Shown piece by piece: positions 26,520-38,200 of a DNA stretch of 64,000 nt. The stretch spans positions 39,060,001 through 39,124,000 of the forward strand of contig NC_043008.1 of assembly GCF_006345805.1 (NCBI RefSeq), in the 5' to 3' direction. The DNA is from Octopus sinensis. Its lineage: Eukaryota. Numbering within the stretch: position 1 is the first letter of the stretch; each line of letters starts with the position of its first letter. The notes beneath the pieces are model-generated. The model ran no database searches. It was not told where the DNA came from and was given only the letters and a program-made list of their open reading frames with translations. The position numbers and the translations under genes are program-made.

Positions 26520-28300
26520 TACTAGTGAAGGAGAAGTGGAGGGCAGCATGGAAAGATTTGACAAAAGAGAGGTAGGAGTCTAGATGTTCGTGAGAGAGTG
26601 AGGTTGCATCGATACAGTCGTCAACATAACGGCCTTGTATTTTGGGAGTGGGACCAGTGAAACTTGAGAATATTTGGGTCTCAACATAGCCAACCAACAG
26701 GTTCGCATAGTTGGGGCCCATTCTCGTTCCCATTGCCACTCCCAAGACGGTGCTGGTAGAAATCGCCCGGACCGAGAAGCAGTTGAGTGAGAGGACAAGT
26801 TCGGCCAGACGAACGAGTGTGGAGGTGTCGGGTTGGGGGTTGGGTCGCACGTCAAGGAAGTATTTCAGTGCACGCAGCCCCTTGTGGTAAGGGATCACCG
26901 TGTAAATGCTCTGGATATCGAGAGTTTAGAGGGGCAAGGAGGGAAGGAGAAAGAGTTGAACAGACGAAGAGCATGATTTGTGTCATGGAGAGAAGCCAAT
27001 AGGGGGTTGGGGTAAGATAATTGGAGATAAGCTCGGTGGGGCAGGTACAGGCAGAGACGAGGGGGCGGGCAGGGTATTTAGGTTTGGGGATTTGGGGGAG
27101 GAAGTAAATGGTGGGTGTGCGGAGGTTCGGACAATGAGGTTGGAGGCGGTGTGGGGGAGACGGGAGGAGGAGATGCGGTCATGGATAGGGGAGGACACCG
27201 TCTGTTGGTAGCTGGGCGTGAGGTCAGAGGGCAGAAGGCAGCAGAAGGAGGTGTCTTGAAGTTAGAGGAGAGCTTCGGCTTATAGAGGTCCGCTCGCCAT
27301 ACCACCACGGCTGCACCCTTGTCGGCCGGTTTTATAACGATGTCAGTGCGGCGTCGGAGAGAACGAAGAGCGGAGAGTTCGGCTGGGGAGATTCTGAGAC
27401 AACAAGGGACGCCTGGAGAAGTTAAACCGGTTCACCGCGTGCTGGCAGGCACCCGCAAAAATCTCAACTGCTTGGAACTGGCCAGGAGCAGACATCCACT
27501 GGATGGTCGGCCGCCTAGGTCAGTTAAGTACTCCTCCTCGTTAGATGTGGGTGGAGTGTCGCGGAAAAGCGAACACAACATAACGCTGCGCACAAAGCTG
27601 TGGATATAAGCACGAGTCTGAAATTCATTGCAGGATGAATTGTGGCGGATGAAACGCAGACCCCTACTGAGGATGGAGCGCTCCGCCTCAGAAAGAAGAT
27701 ATGGCGGAATGGTAACAACAGACTGAAGTAGAAGCGGTGGATGGAATAGAAGTAGGAGGGGTTGTAGGGCTGGTGGAAGGCTTGGAGGGAGGGCATGGGG
27801 ATGTGTGAGAGAAATTTGGGGGGTTGAGGATGGGGGAACGTGTCATGGAGGGAGAAGGGTAGTGGAGGAGGTGGGGTAGTGGAATCTGTTGAGATGGAAT
27901 GAAGGAGAGAGTGGAGTTTACGATGTTTGGTGTTGGCAAGATATTGATGAAAGAGATGAGTTAAATGAATTATATATGGCAACGTTTTGTGAGAATGGGA
28001 GGGGGACAGAGAGGAGGAAAAGATGGAAAAAGCCGGAGGGAGAAGGCGGTCGATGGTATGTATTTTAGAGAGATTGGAGCAAATGGTGGCACGCATAAGG
28101 CAGTAGGATGTAGTACGGAGTATGGGAAGGATGGTTGAAGCAGAATGGAGAGTAGGGCGAAATGGAAGCGGAAACCTTTTGGGATGAGGCGGTGATGTAA
28201 GCAACGACTGAGAAATGAAACGTGGCTAAAGAAACAAGTTTTTTTGAAAATATGTAAAGAAAGTTTAATGAAAGGCTGAATCTTCACCTTCACCGCTACA
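26520..28300 (-). mobile_element. Penelope-like retroelement fragment
   Basis: RT motifs GVAMGTRMGPNYANL and GRYVDD; VVWRADLY upstream; frameshifted. Confidence 0.8.
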
Positions 28301-28319
28301 CCTTAGATATGGTTGGGAA

Positions 28320-30157
28320 ATTAACCGACGAAGGAAGGGCATAGGTCCATTTAGACCAAAGTAAAGCGTTCGATTGGTTAGACCATCAGTACCTGGAGGC
28401 GGTCCTCGAAGCGGGTAGATCTCCGCTATGTACAGCGGCATCTAGTCCACAGTCCAGATAAATAGCTACCTAAAGGAGCCGTTTTCGATCAAGCGTTCTG
28501 TTCGTCAAGGGTGTCCCTTGCCTCCGCTTCTGTACGTCTTGGTTCTTGAGCCATTACTGCGGAAGTTGGAGAAGTTAGGAAACAACCCCAATGAAATCGG
28601 GTGCGGTGGGTTTGTTTCTGCTTTAGGGGAAGATGTCACCCTCATCGGATCCAACGTAGCTCAGCTACCTCGTGTAGAAGATACTCTCCGACGATACGAA
28701 GCGGTGGCAAGGGCAAAAGTTAACAAGGTCGAATCGATCGGTTTGCGCCTCGGCACTTGTAGGAACAATCCGATATCGTCCAGTGTCGTTGGACACTGGA
28801 CAGATTGCCCTGTTGGGTTGCTTGGAGTTTGGTTTGGCCCGGACTCCCAGATGGAGAAGAATTGGAGCGAGGTAGTGGACATGGTGGAGGCCATAGTACG
28901 GGAGTGGTCCGGAAGACCTCTGTTCTTGAAGGGCATGGGCGGAGGTGGTGAAGGTGTTTATAGCATCTGTAATCTCCTACCGCCTGTCCGTTGTGCCTTG
29001 CCCCGATTTGTGGCTAAACAAGTTGGAAAGACTCCTCTTCCAGTTTTTGCTGAAGGGAGGAAACCACTTGTGAGGCGCTCTGTTTACTGCGAGGAACCGT
29101 TAAACGGTGGACTGGGAATGCCTTGGCTGATGATGCGCAGATATGCGTTGAGGTTGAGACATCTCTGGTACCACCTGGAGGGTGATAAGGTGTGGAGTCC
29201 GCTGGCGTAGGAGTTCTTGCCGCGACCGGCCTGTTTGGAGAGATTTAAACCCGGTTTCATTAAAAGATGTAACCTAACTTCATGGCAGAAGGAGTGCCGT
29301 CAGGCACTCTGGCTGATCGACAAGTTGGGAAAGGAATACCACCTCGGTGTTCTATAGAGGGCTGGTAGAGGCAAAAAAAATGATGACGTTCTAGGAGGGG
29401 CTGTAGGATTCGATGGGAACCTGTTTAAAAAATCTTTCAGTTCGTGGTACTTGGATAACTTCCAAAAATCCCTGACCTGTCAGTGCTACAGGAATGCTTT
29501 ACCTGTTCGCGATAAGTTATCCAGGCAGGGAATGTCAATACCACGGCCGTGTCCAAGATGTGGGCTGGAAAATGAGACTGTCCAGCACGCTTTTCTAGAA
29601 TGCCGGGAGCTATCTAGCTTGAAATGTTACGTTGAACACGTGCTGTCGCATCTGGGACGAGTACAGCTGTCGGGTGGATCTATGATAAAGATGATACCGC
29701 CAACTGGACACTCAAAAGAAGGTAAGGCATGTTTTTACTGTACGTTTGCAGTACTGAAAGAGTGTGTTTGGAGGACTAGAATGGAAGGTTCTGTGACAGG
29801 GTCCTTCGTCTCTGGCCCCGGTTTGCTGTCCTATTTCAGATACCATCTGAAGAGCAAGATGGGGTTGAGAGGAAGACCCTGCCACCGAGTGAATACGAGA
29901 AACGATGGAAGGATGTGATGAGATAGGTGGGTGTTAGTAACCCAGTTTAATCATTGAGGAAAGGAAAAGATAGTTGTTGGGCCTTATAGGCTGCCGGGTT
30001 CGATCTGTTTGAGCTTTTATTCATTTTCTTTCTTTATTTCCGTTTTTTTAAAGTTATTGTCAAACTTAATGCTCATTCGAACTCATATAAGATTTTTGTA
30101 TTTGTTTGTCTTGTAATGTCTTTGTCTATGTACGATCAGTTTGACCATAATAAAGAT
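28320..30157 (+). mobile_element. 5'-truncated L1/Tx1-clade LINE with 3' UTR
   Basis: LDQSKAFD, SVRQGCPLPPLLYVLVLEPLL, LGVWFG, CPRCGLENETVQHAFLEC; aataaa near 30149. Confidence 0.88.
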
Positions 30158-31619
30158 TTTATCGCCAACCGGTGCTTGTCACTCTTCTGCGTTCGGCTGC
30201 TGTTGCTCAGTGTGTTTGTTTAATTGGTGTGTTTTTGTTGTTGATTTGTGTGTTGAAGTTACGGTTGCGCTCTTGAGGTCGAACAGTTGTCGTCGTTTTG
30301 AGGAGGGTTTTCGCCCTGCGGGGCGGCGAGTTAGTTTTTGCACAACTGTTTTGGAATGTTTGGTACTTGTTGCAGGGTAAAACATTGATTTTTGTCATTT
30401 TTGACAAGAATATTTGCGATTTGTTATCAACTAGGTGGTATTACTCAGTTTCGCACCATTAATGATAAGACTGAGAACTCCGTATGCAGGCGGTGCCGGC
30501 GAAAGTTCGGAGAATATAGGGCCGAGAGCAAACAAAACAATGCAGAGTGGAAAGACGAACGTGAATAAATGTAATTTAAGACGATGGAGAAAGACGAAAT
30601 AAATAAGAAACGAGCAAAATATAGCCTCAGAACCAAAAAGGCAAGAATGGTGGGTAATGCTTAAAAGGCATCCTAAATGAATAGATAACAGCAAATAGCA
30701 AGACAATGAGATAGGGAATTTGCGAACGTTCAGCTACGGAACTGGAGTGAAAAAGGGAGAGAAAGAAAGGAAGGCTGGCCAAAGGTCAGGTGTCAGCTGC
30801 AGAGGGGGGAAAAAGAGGGCAAGAAAGAGAGAGAGCGACAGATAGAAAACAGGGGAAGGAACACACACACACACACACACACGCACACACACACACAAAC
30901 GCACACACATACGCACACATCCACGCGCGCACACTCACATCTATGTTTTTTTTGTGGTCAAGCACCACCTAGATCTAGTTAAATTCATTCACAGAATATG
31001 CATTTTTTTAAAGGAAGTAAAAATCTGAAAATCGGTTATATTGAAGTAGTTTTCCACTCTTATTCATAAGAAGCGGAGAAAAAATTTGACGAAAACGTTA
31101 CAGACATTTAAAAATCGACAAAACTGTGTGTTTTTAGCGAATAGTGAGACAGAAATTTTCTGCGTTGTAGTGGTGTCAACTTAGCGGTGTCAACTTTAAG
31201 GTTGTACCCTGTGAAATTTATAGTTTAGCGCCTGTGAAATTACATATTACCTAATAATGTCAACATGTATCATCTTACTTTTTCTTTTGTCCCTTCATTG
31301 ATTTCTAAAGTATTTTGTATATTTTTATTATTTCTTAAATTAATATATTTGTCTGCATGTATTTACTTCATGCTTTTTCAGTATTATGCATACTTGTCAT
31401 GTATTTGTTTACATCATTAATATATACGTGCATGTAATGTGTGCTGGGGTATACTCAGTTCTATGTTAATATAATGTCTAAACACAAGACTACGAGCTGA
31501 CAGAATCATTAGCACACTAGGCAAAATGCTTTACATTCTGAGTTCAAATTCTACCTAGTTTAACGTTGCCTTTCATCCTTTGAAAATTTATAATAATAAA
31601 AAAAATACCAGTTGAATGA

Positions 31620-33305
31620 GTTACCATTTCAGTTTACCATACAACTGGAATGAACATCCTAGAAACAGATGAACATACATTTCCTTCCGTTTTTGTTTAC
31701 TACTCTGTTTTCAGTAACGCTAATGAGGTTGATCCGGCTAATATCAGTGATGTAAACCCTAAAATAACTATATCTGGCATAAATTTTGGTGCACCGGATA
31801 TCCTAACAGAAATAGATAAAATCAAACACGGTTGTAGGTTCGTTAATTTCTCGCCCACTGTCCTGAAGACGTGTCGACATCAAATTGTACCCACTCTAGC
31901 TGAGCTCTGGAGGAATTCACTTGACACAGGCTGCATTCCTGATTATTTTCTTTCCTAGTCTGTCGTTCCAGTTTTCAAAGAGGGGAAACAAATCTCTTGC
32001 AGCGAACTACCGTCCACTTTCACTCTCTTCTTATATCATTAAAGTATTCGAGAGGGTGTTGAAATCGTGAATAACTCACTACTTCGGAGACAATAATCTG
32101 CTGAACCCCAACCAGCATGGTTTCCGTGATGGCAGGAACTGCCTGTCGCAGCTTCTGCACCATTTTGATGATATTTTAAAAGCTTTGTGAGAAGGCTCCA
32201 AAGCTGACGAGGCATTTGACAGATTGAACCACAAAATCCTGCTGAAAAAAACTGTCCAACACTAGAGTCCGTGAAAAGCTGCTGCAGTGGATAAAGAGTT
32301 TCCAGACGAACAGAACCCAACATGTTGTGTTTGAGGCAATCCGATCAATCTCAGCCAAAGTCAGTAGTGGTGTCCCACAAGGCACTGTGTTGGGCCCACT
32401 CCTCTTCCTTACCAACATCAATGACAACATAGACGTCATCATGCAGATGATTCCAAACTCCATAAGGCCATAAACGCTATGGGAGACCGAACATGCCTTC
32501 AGTCGGATCTGTTTGTTGTTGTCCAATGGGCGGAAAAGAACAATATGCTTCTAAATGAAGACAAGTTTAATTTGGTCCGCTCTTCTCTTGGCTGACTCCC
32601 TAGTGTCATCCAACAACACCAGAGACCTTGAAGTAATTGTTGATAACAATCTAAGCTGGAGTTCCTCCGTAAACAACAAGGTTGACTTGACCCGCAAGTT
32701 GTACACCTGGATTCTGAGAACTTACCGGTCTAGAGATGCCCACACCATCATCCTTCTCTACTTTTCTTTTGCTCGACCCTACCTTGAATACTGTTGCCCA
32801 CTGTGGTCTCCCAATCAGAAGTGACTCATTACGTGAATGGAAGCACTCCAGATGTCAATAACAAGAAAGATGGACGGCATAACAGGCATTGACTATTGGG
32901 GTCGACTAAAAAACTTAATCTCTACTCTCTCCAACGCCGTCGGGAACTCTACATTGATGTTGGCATCAATTTTAAAATCCATCCAAGACTTGGCCCCCGT
33001 GCTATCAGCCCACTACAAAATTCGAAGTCAGGACACATAAAAACACTATGCCACAGCTACTTCACCTCAACCGGTCCAGCTCTCTTTAATATCAAATTAA
33101 ATCAAAACGGAAACGGGTTTCATGAAATTCAAAAGTTCACTGGACAAATTTCTTCAAAAATTTCTACACCCAGATATGTCTCCAACAATAATAACTCTTT
33201 GATAAAGTGGGCCATGGTGCCCAATATATCACTAAAAGATTTCACCAGGTGGTGTTATTAAATTAGACATGTCCTGGGTCTATACTGGCCGAAATCTATC
33301 AAAGT
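31620..33305 (+). mobile_element. Degenerate CR1-clade LINE 3' part (family B)
   Basis: NYRPLSLSS, QHGFRDGRNC, GVPQGTVLGPLLF, RPYLEYCCPLWSP; 3' end matches that of 62901-64000. Confidence 0.85.
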
Positions 33306-33790
33306 TATGATAAATGAAATAACCAAATGAATTTTATTACAAGTGAAAAGTGAATAATAAAAGTTTTCAATAAAACATCAAATATAGCCACATTTCTTTT
33401 TATTGAAACAAATTTTCTATTATACATGTAAGTATGTAAAGTTGAATTAAAAACAAAATGTGAACAAAACAGTTTCATGAGGAATTTTCAAAATTAGAAA
33501 CAATTTTAAAAATCAGATGAAATCTTGTAGAATGGTGGAATTGATTCCAATTGTTACCAATTTCAATTTCATTTTGTAGTGAAGATGGGCTGAATATTTT
33601 TTAACATTTATATGCGAATAATATATGAATACAGTATGTTTTAAGAAAAAAAACAGCACCGTCTCTTTTTTCTATTGTAAAGTTCAGATTTTGTGAGTGA
33701 AAATGTGTGTATGTATGTATGTATGTATTTGTGTGTGTGCGAGTGTGTGTGTGTGCGTGTGTGTGTGAGTAAGTTTGGAGTTATACTCCC

Positions 33791-33834
<44 letters not shown>

Positions 33835-33869
33835 TATTATATTATTATTATTATATATTATTATTATAT

Positions 33870-33913
<44 letters not shown>

Positions 33914-34318
33914 TACCTTTCCGTCGGCTACGACGACCAGCGTACCAGTTGATACGATAGATGGAACAGCCTACCCGTGAAATTAAAGTACAAGTGACGG
34001 AGCATTCCACAGGCACGTGTAACCGGAATTTAATTCTGAGGAAGATCTAGTGTGACATAGAAAGTGGAAAGGCTGCTCCCATTTGAATTACAGGTACATT
34101 TCATTTTTGTTTGGTGAGAGGAGCAACGTGAATTAAAGTATCTTGCTAAAGGTCACAACGCGCTGCCGGGGTTCGAACTCATAACTTTCTGATCGTAACC
34201 GCTAAGCCACGCAACTTCACAATATACATACATACAACATACATACATACATACATGCATGCACACACATATATACATATACACATACATACATACATGC
34301 ACAAAAATATATACATAT

Positions 34319-34349
<31 letters not shown>

Positions 34350-34422
34350 TACATACGTACATACATACATACATACATACATACATACATACATACATAC
34401 ATACATACATACATACATACAC

Positions 34423-35090
34423 GCATGGAAGTCATCCCGCATGTGATTAGCTGCTATCTTAAAAAGTCGCCACGGTACTAACTCCCTATGCGTCATGATG
34501 TAGCTAAAACTGTTCATAATGCCATCCGCAATAAAGTGTATCCTGAAATAAACTTTAAAAATCCGTGTTATGAAATACATTGATAAACACCAACTCAAGG
34601 GATAGTAGCGGAATATTCCCATTAAAGCTTCTGTCAAATGTAAACATAACAGACTGGATATTGTTGTTTGGGAAAATGGGCAAAGATATGTACCATCATA
34701 GAGGTCAGCTGCTCTGTAGATATAAATAACTCATAGAAAATCAAAGAAAAAGAAAATATCTATGGACAACCACTTCGAAACCTGCAGCTTCTATATCCAG
34801 ACTATGAATTCATATTCATACAAATAATAATTAGAGCATTAGGTTTTGTCAGTAAATGCTTTAGTGAGAATCAGGATAAACTGGGATTTTCAGAAAGAGA
34901 AACTGGCCGGCTAATTCGTACATTACAGGTACAATCTGTGGGTGGAACAGTAAATATATGCAAGAATTTTCTCATGTTCCAATTGTGAATTTGTCTGTGT
35001 TAACTACATCCCACAGATGGAGCCTTGTATCTTTGTTGGAAACCGGCTCCGTCCTCAGTGGAAGATTTCTAATGATTAAAAACTAGGAGA
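34423..35090 (+). mobile_element. RLE-type (R4/Dong-like) LINE 3' fragment
   Basis: RHD.AKTVHNAIR zinc-finger remnant, then KHNRLDIVVW...TIIEVSC...KEKENIYG (PD-(D/E)xK-like); between (TACA)n tracts. Confidence 0.75.
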
Positions 35091-35233
35091 AACACACACA
35101 TACACACACACATACATACATACATGCATACATACATACATACATACATACATACATACATACATACATACATACATAAACACATACTACAATATGTATG
35201 GTGTTTTATAGATAAATTTATGCACTGGTGGCT

Positions 35234-38200
35234 TTATTTGAATTTGTGTTGTGAGAGAGGGACTCCCAGGGATATATCAGGGAATTCTTTCATAAATGTG
35301 TCCTTACCCCACAACCAGTACGTTGTCATTAATCCGCGACCTCTTACTTCTCTTTCCCCTCTACATTCTAATTTATAACCGCCTAAAGAATCAAGAATTG
35401 CTGCAGTATTCTCGCTCACTTGAATGTGTAAGGCATAAGAACTAGACTGCATTCTGGAAGCTGTGTTGACGGTGTCTCCGAATAGACAAAATCTAGGCAA
35501 TAGTTTCCCCACCACGCCACTTACTACCGGGCCGGAATGCATTCCAATTCGTAATTGTAGCACATTACTTTCCGTGTTGGGAACATGGAGTAGAGTAACA
35601 TATGACATCAGATCTAAAGCCATTGTTGCAATTTCTCCTGCATGGCGATCACCATTCTTTTCTGGAATACCACTAACTACCATGTAGGAATCGCTGATGG
35701 ATTCCACTTTATAAACATCATAGCCGTCCACCACTGAGTCAAATAATTTATAAACTTCATTTAAAAAATCAACGATTTCCATTGGTTTACTTTCTTTACA
35801 TATTCGGCCAAAATTCACGATATCACTGAAGAATACCGTGGCATTTTCGAATAATTCCGGTATCACTTCACCAACTTGTTTCAGTTCACAAGCTACTTTC
35901 GGGGGCAACATCTGGCCCAATAGCTGCTCAGCTTTAGCTTTTTTTTCTTCTAGTTCTCTGGTTCTTTCTATTACAACCATTTCTAAATTATTGGAATAAG
36001 TTTCCAAGAGGTGGATTAATTTATCTATAAGTTCTCCTTTTATGGGGTACATTTGATTTAGAATGATGCTAAGCTTATTAAAAGTCGGTCGTGAAGATTC
36101 CTTCTCATTCCAAGACTCTTCGAGCATTTTTTTAAACAGCTTCTTAGATAGATTACTGTTTGGTAATAAATCTTCACTTAAAATTGGTCTTGTAAAAATC
36201 ATTTTACCTCCACCAATACTCTCCCATACACGTCGTATTTCTTTATTGGCCCGTGAATGTGAATCTTTAATGAGATCTAAAATGCTTTTTTCACTTAAAT
36301 GTTTCAGTTCGTAATGGTATGGTTTTACCTTCGTCACAATTTCACACGCAATGATAGCAAATGAATAGACATCTCCTTGCGGTGTGCCCGACTTTACTCC
36401 ATCGAGATTTGTGTTATCCCTCAGTAGTTCGGGTGCGGTCCAAAAAAGATCTTTTAAATCAGACATTTCTTCAGACTCTGGGATTCTGTAGCTGCCATAA
36501 CGAAGAGACGGTGCACCAAATCCTGACAGACGTACAGTCCAGCGCTTATCAACCAAGCAGTTGGAAGATTTCAGACGTCCATGGCTTTTGATTTCAGATT
36601 TGTCATGCAAATATTCCATTCCGCAACATATATCTTTTAAAAATGAAAATCCAAATTCCCATCCGATCTCAAATGTTTCATTGGCAAGTACATCCGCTAT
36701 ACTCCCCTTGTCAGCAATTTCCATGAACAAACTGACGTTAGGATAAGTCAAACAGCATCCACCGTATCGAATCAGATTATAATGTCTAGTTTTAGTTAAC
36801 TTGACCATGTCTGAAATAATCTTTTTATCATCAGGAGGAATTGTCTTACTATTAATCTTTTTCACATACCAGTTCTCATTGTCCCATCTATAAGCTGCAA
36901 CCGTTTTGTTAATTATTCCCTTGGATTGTCCTACCATACCTAATTTTTCAGGTACAGTAACGTTGTCCCAATCAATCATCCAGTCTTGATAGATTATACT
37001 TTTCGTCTTCGAGCTAGTTATTCCTGCCACGACATAAAAGATACCAATGAGAATAAGTGCTGCAAATAATATTGGAACAATGATGGATGAAATATGAATA
37101 GCACAATTTTCACCGAAATATACTATAGTAGTGCATTCACATACACCTGGTTTTACACATACACCAAAATTACAATCCTCACAAATTGCTGCACCACAAG
37201 AGGGACCTGTATAACCAGGATTACATATGCAAGAACCTTCAATAGTGCAAAGGCCGTGTAAACAATGGCACTGAACAGTGTGACAATGCTTCCCTTCGAA
37301 TCCTTCAAAGCATTCGCATTTGTCATCTGGACGACATATTCCTCCATCAAAAACATTAATATTACCGGGGTCTTTTAACTTTTCACCACACGCATGAACG
37401 CAATAATATGGTGGAACTATACTTTCTGTCCGAATAAAAATGGTTGGCGGCCAATCTTCACCCTCTTTTGGCATCATTTTTTGTGTATTGAGACTAACCA
37501 TCCCCGATAAAGATATGTATTGTCTAGTGTTATGTACCTTACCGACAGGAAATGCTACCAGTGCCGCAGTTTTATTGTGAGGAAGTATTTTCGATTCGTA
37601 AGGTATTTCTAATTGAATACCGTCTTCCGATCTCTTAATACACTTTACGTAAGTTATAATTTTAGATTTCGGCAAATATGGCCAACGTGGGATTGGGTTA
37701 ACTTGGGCCAGATAACCGAAATAACCAATTCTATCACCGTATGCATTTAAAGATACTTTATCTGTTAGTCCATGTATAGTTATCTTGCGCATGAGCCAAT
37801 TAACCTTCGCACCGTTAAGTGTTAGTTGTTTATTGAGAAGTATGGCTAACGCTTTAGCGTAAAGGTGCACGGCGTCATAACCCAATCCCATTAACGCTCC
37901 TATTTCAAAGGATCTATAACGAACTCTTCCACCTTTGTAAAGTACACGGTCTTCTTTAAAATAATAATTAAGAACTCGTTTCCAACTATCTGTTTGGTAA
38001 CCCGATACATTGTAGGTCGAATCAAAGAGGTAGGTTCCAGTAAAAGCTAATGTGCATTCTAATTTTTTGTTACAAACCGAATGGTTCTCAAATGGAAACT
38101 CTCGCGCGTATTTTCTCATTAAAATCCATTGGAATCCATGCAGAGAAGAAAGGTTCATAAGATAGGCTTCTCGAAAGACGATTGGCTGTATATGGAATGG

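Noticed and set aside
26332-28300. Hammerhead ribozyme near the Penelope-like or RLE elements
   Set aside because: No CTGANGA-stem-GAAA core with pairing helices was found by eye; a covariance-model search would be needed to exclude it
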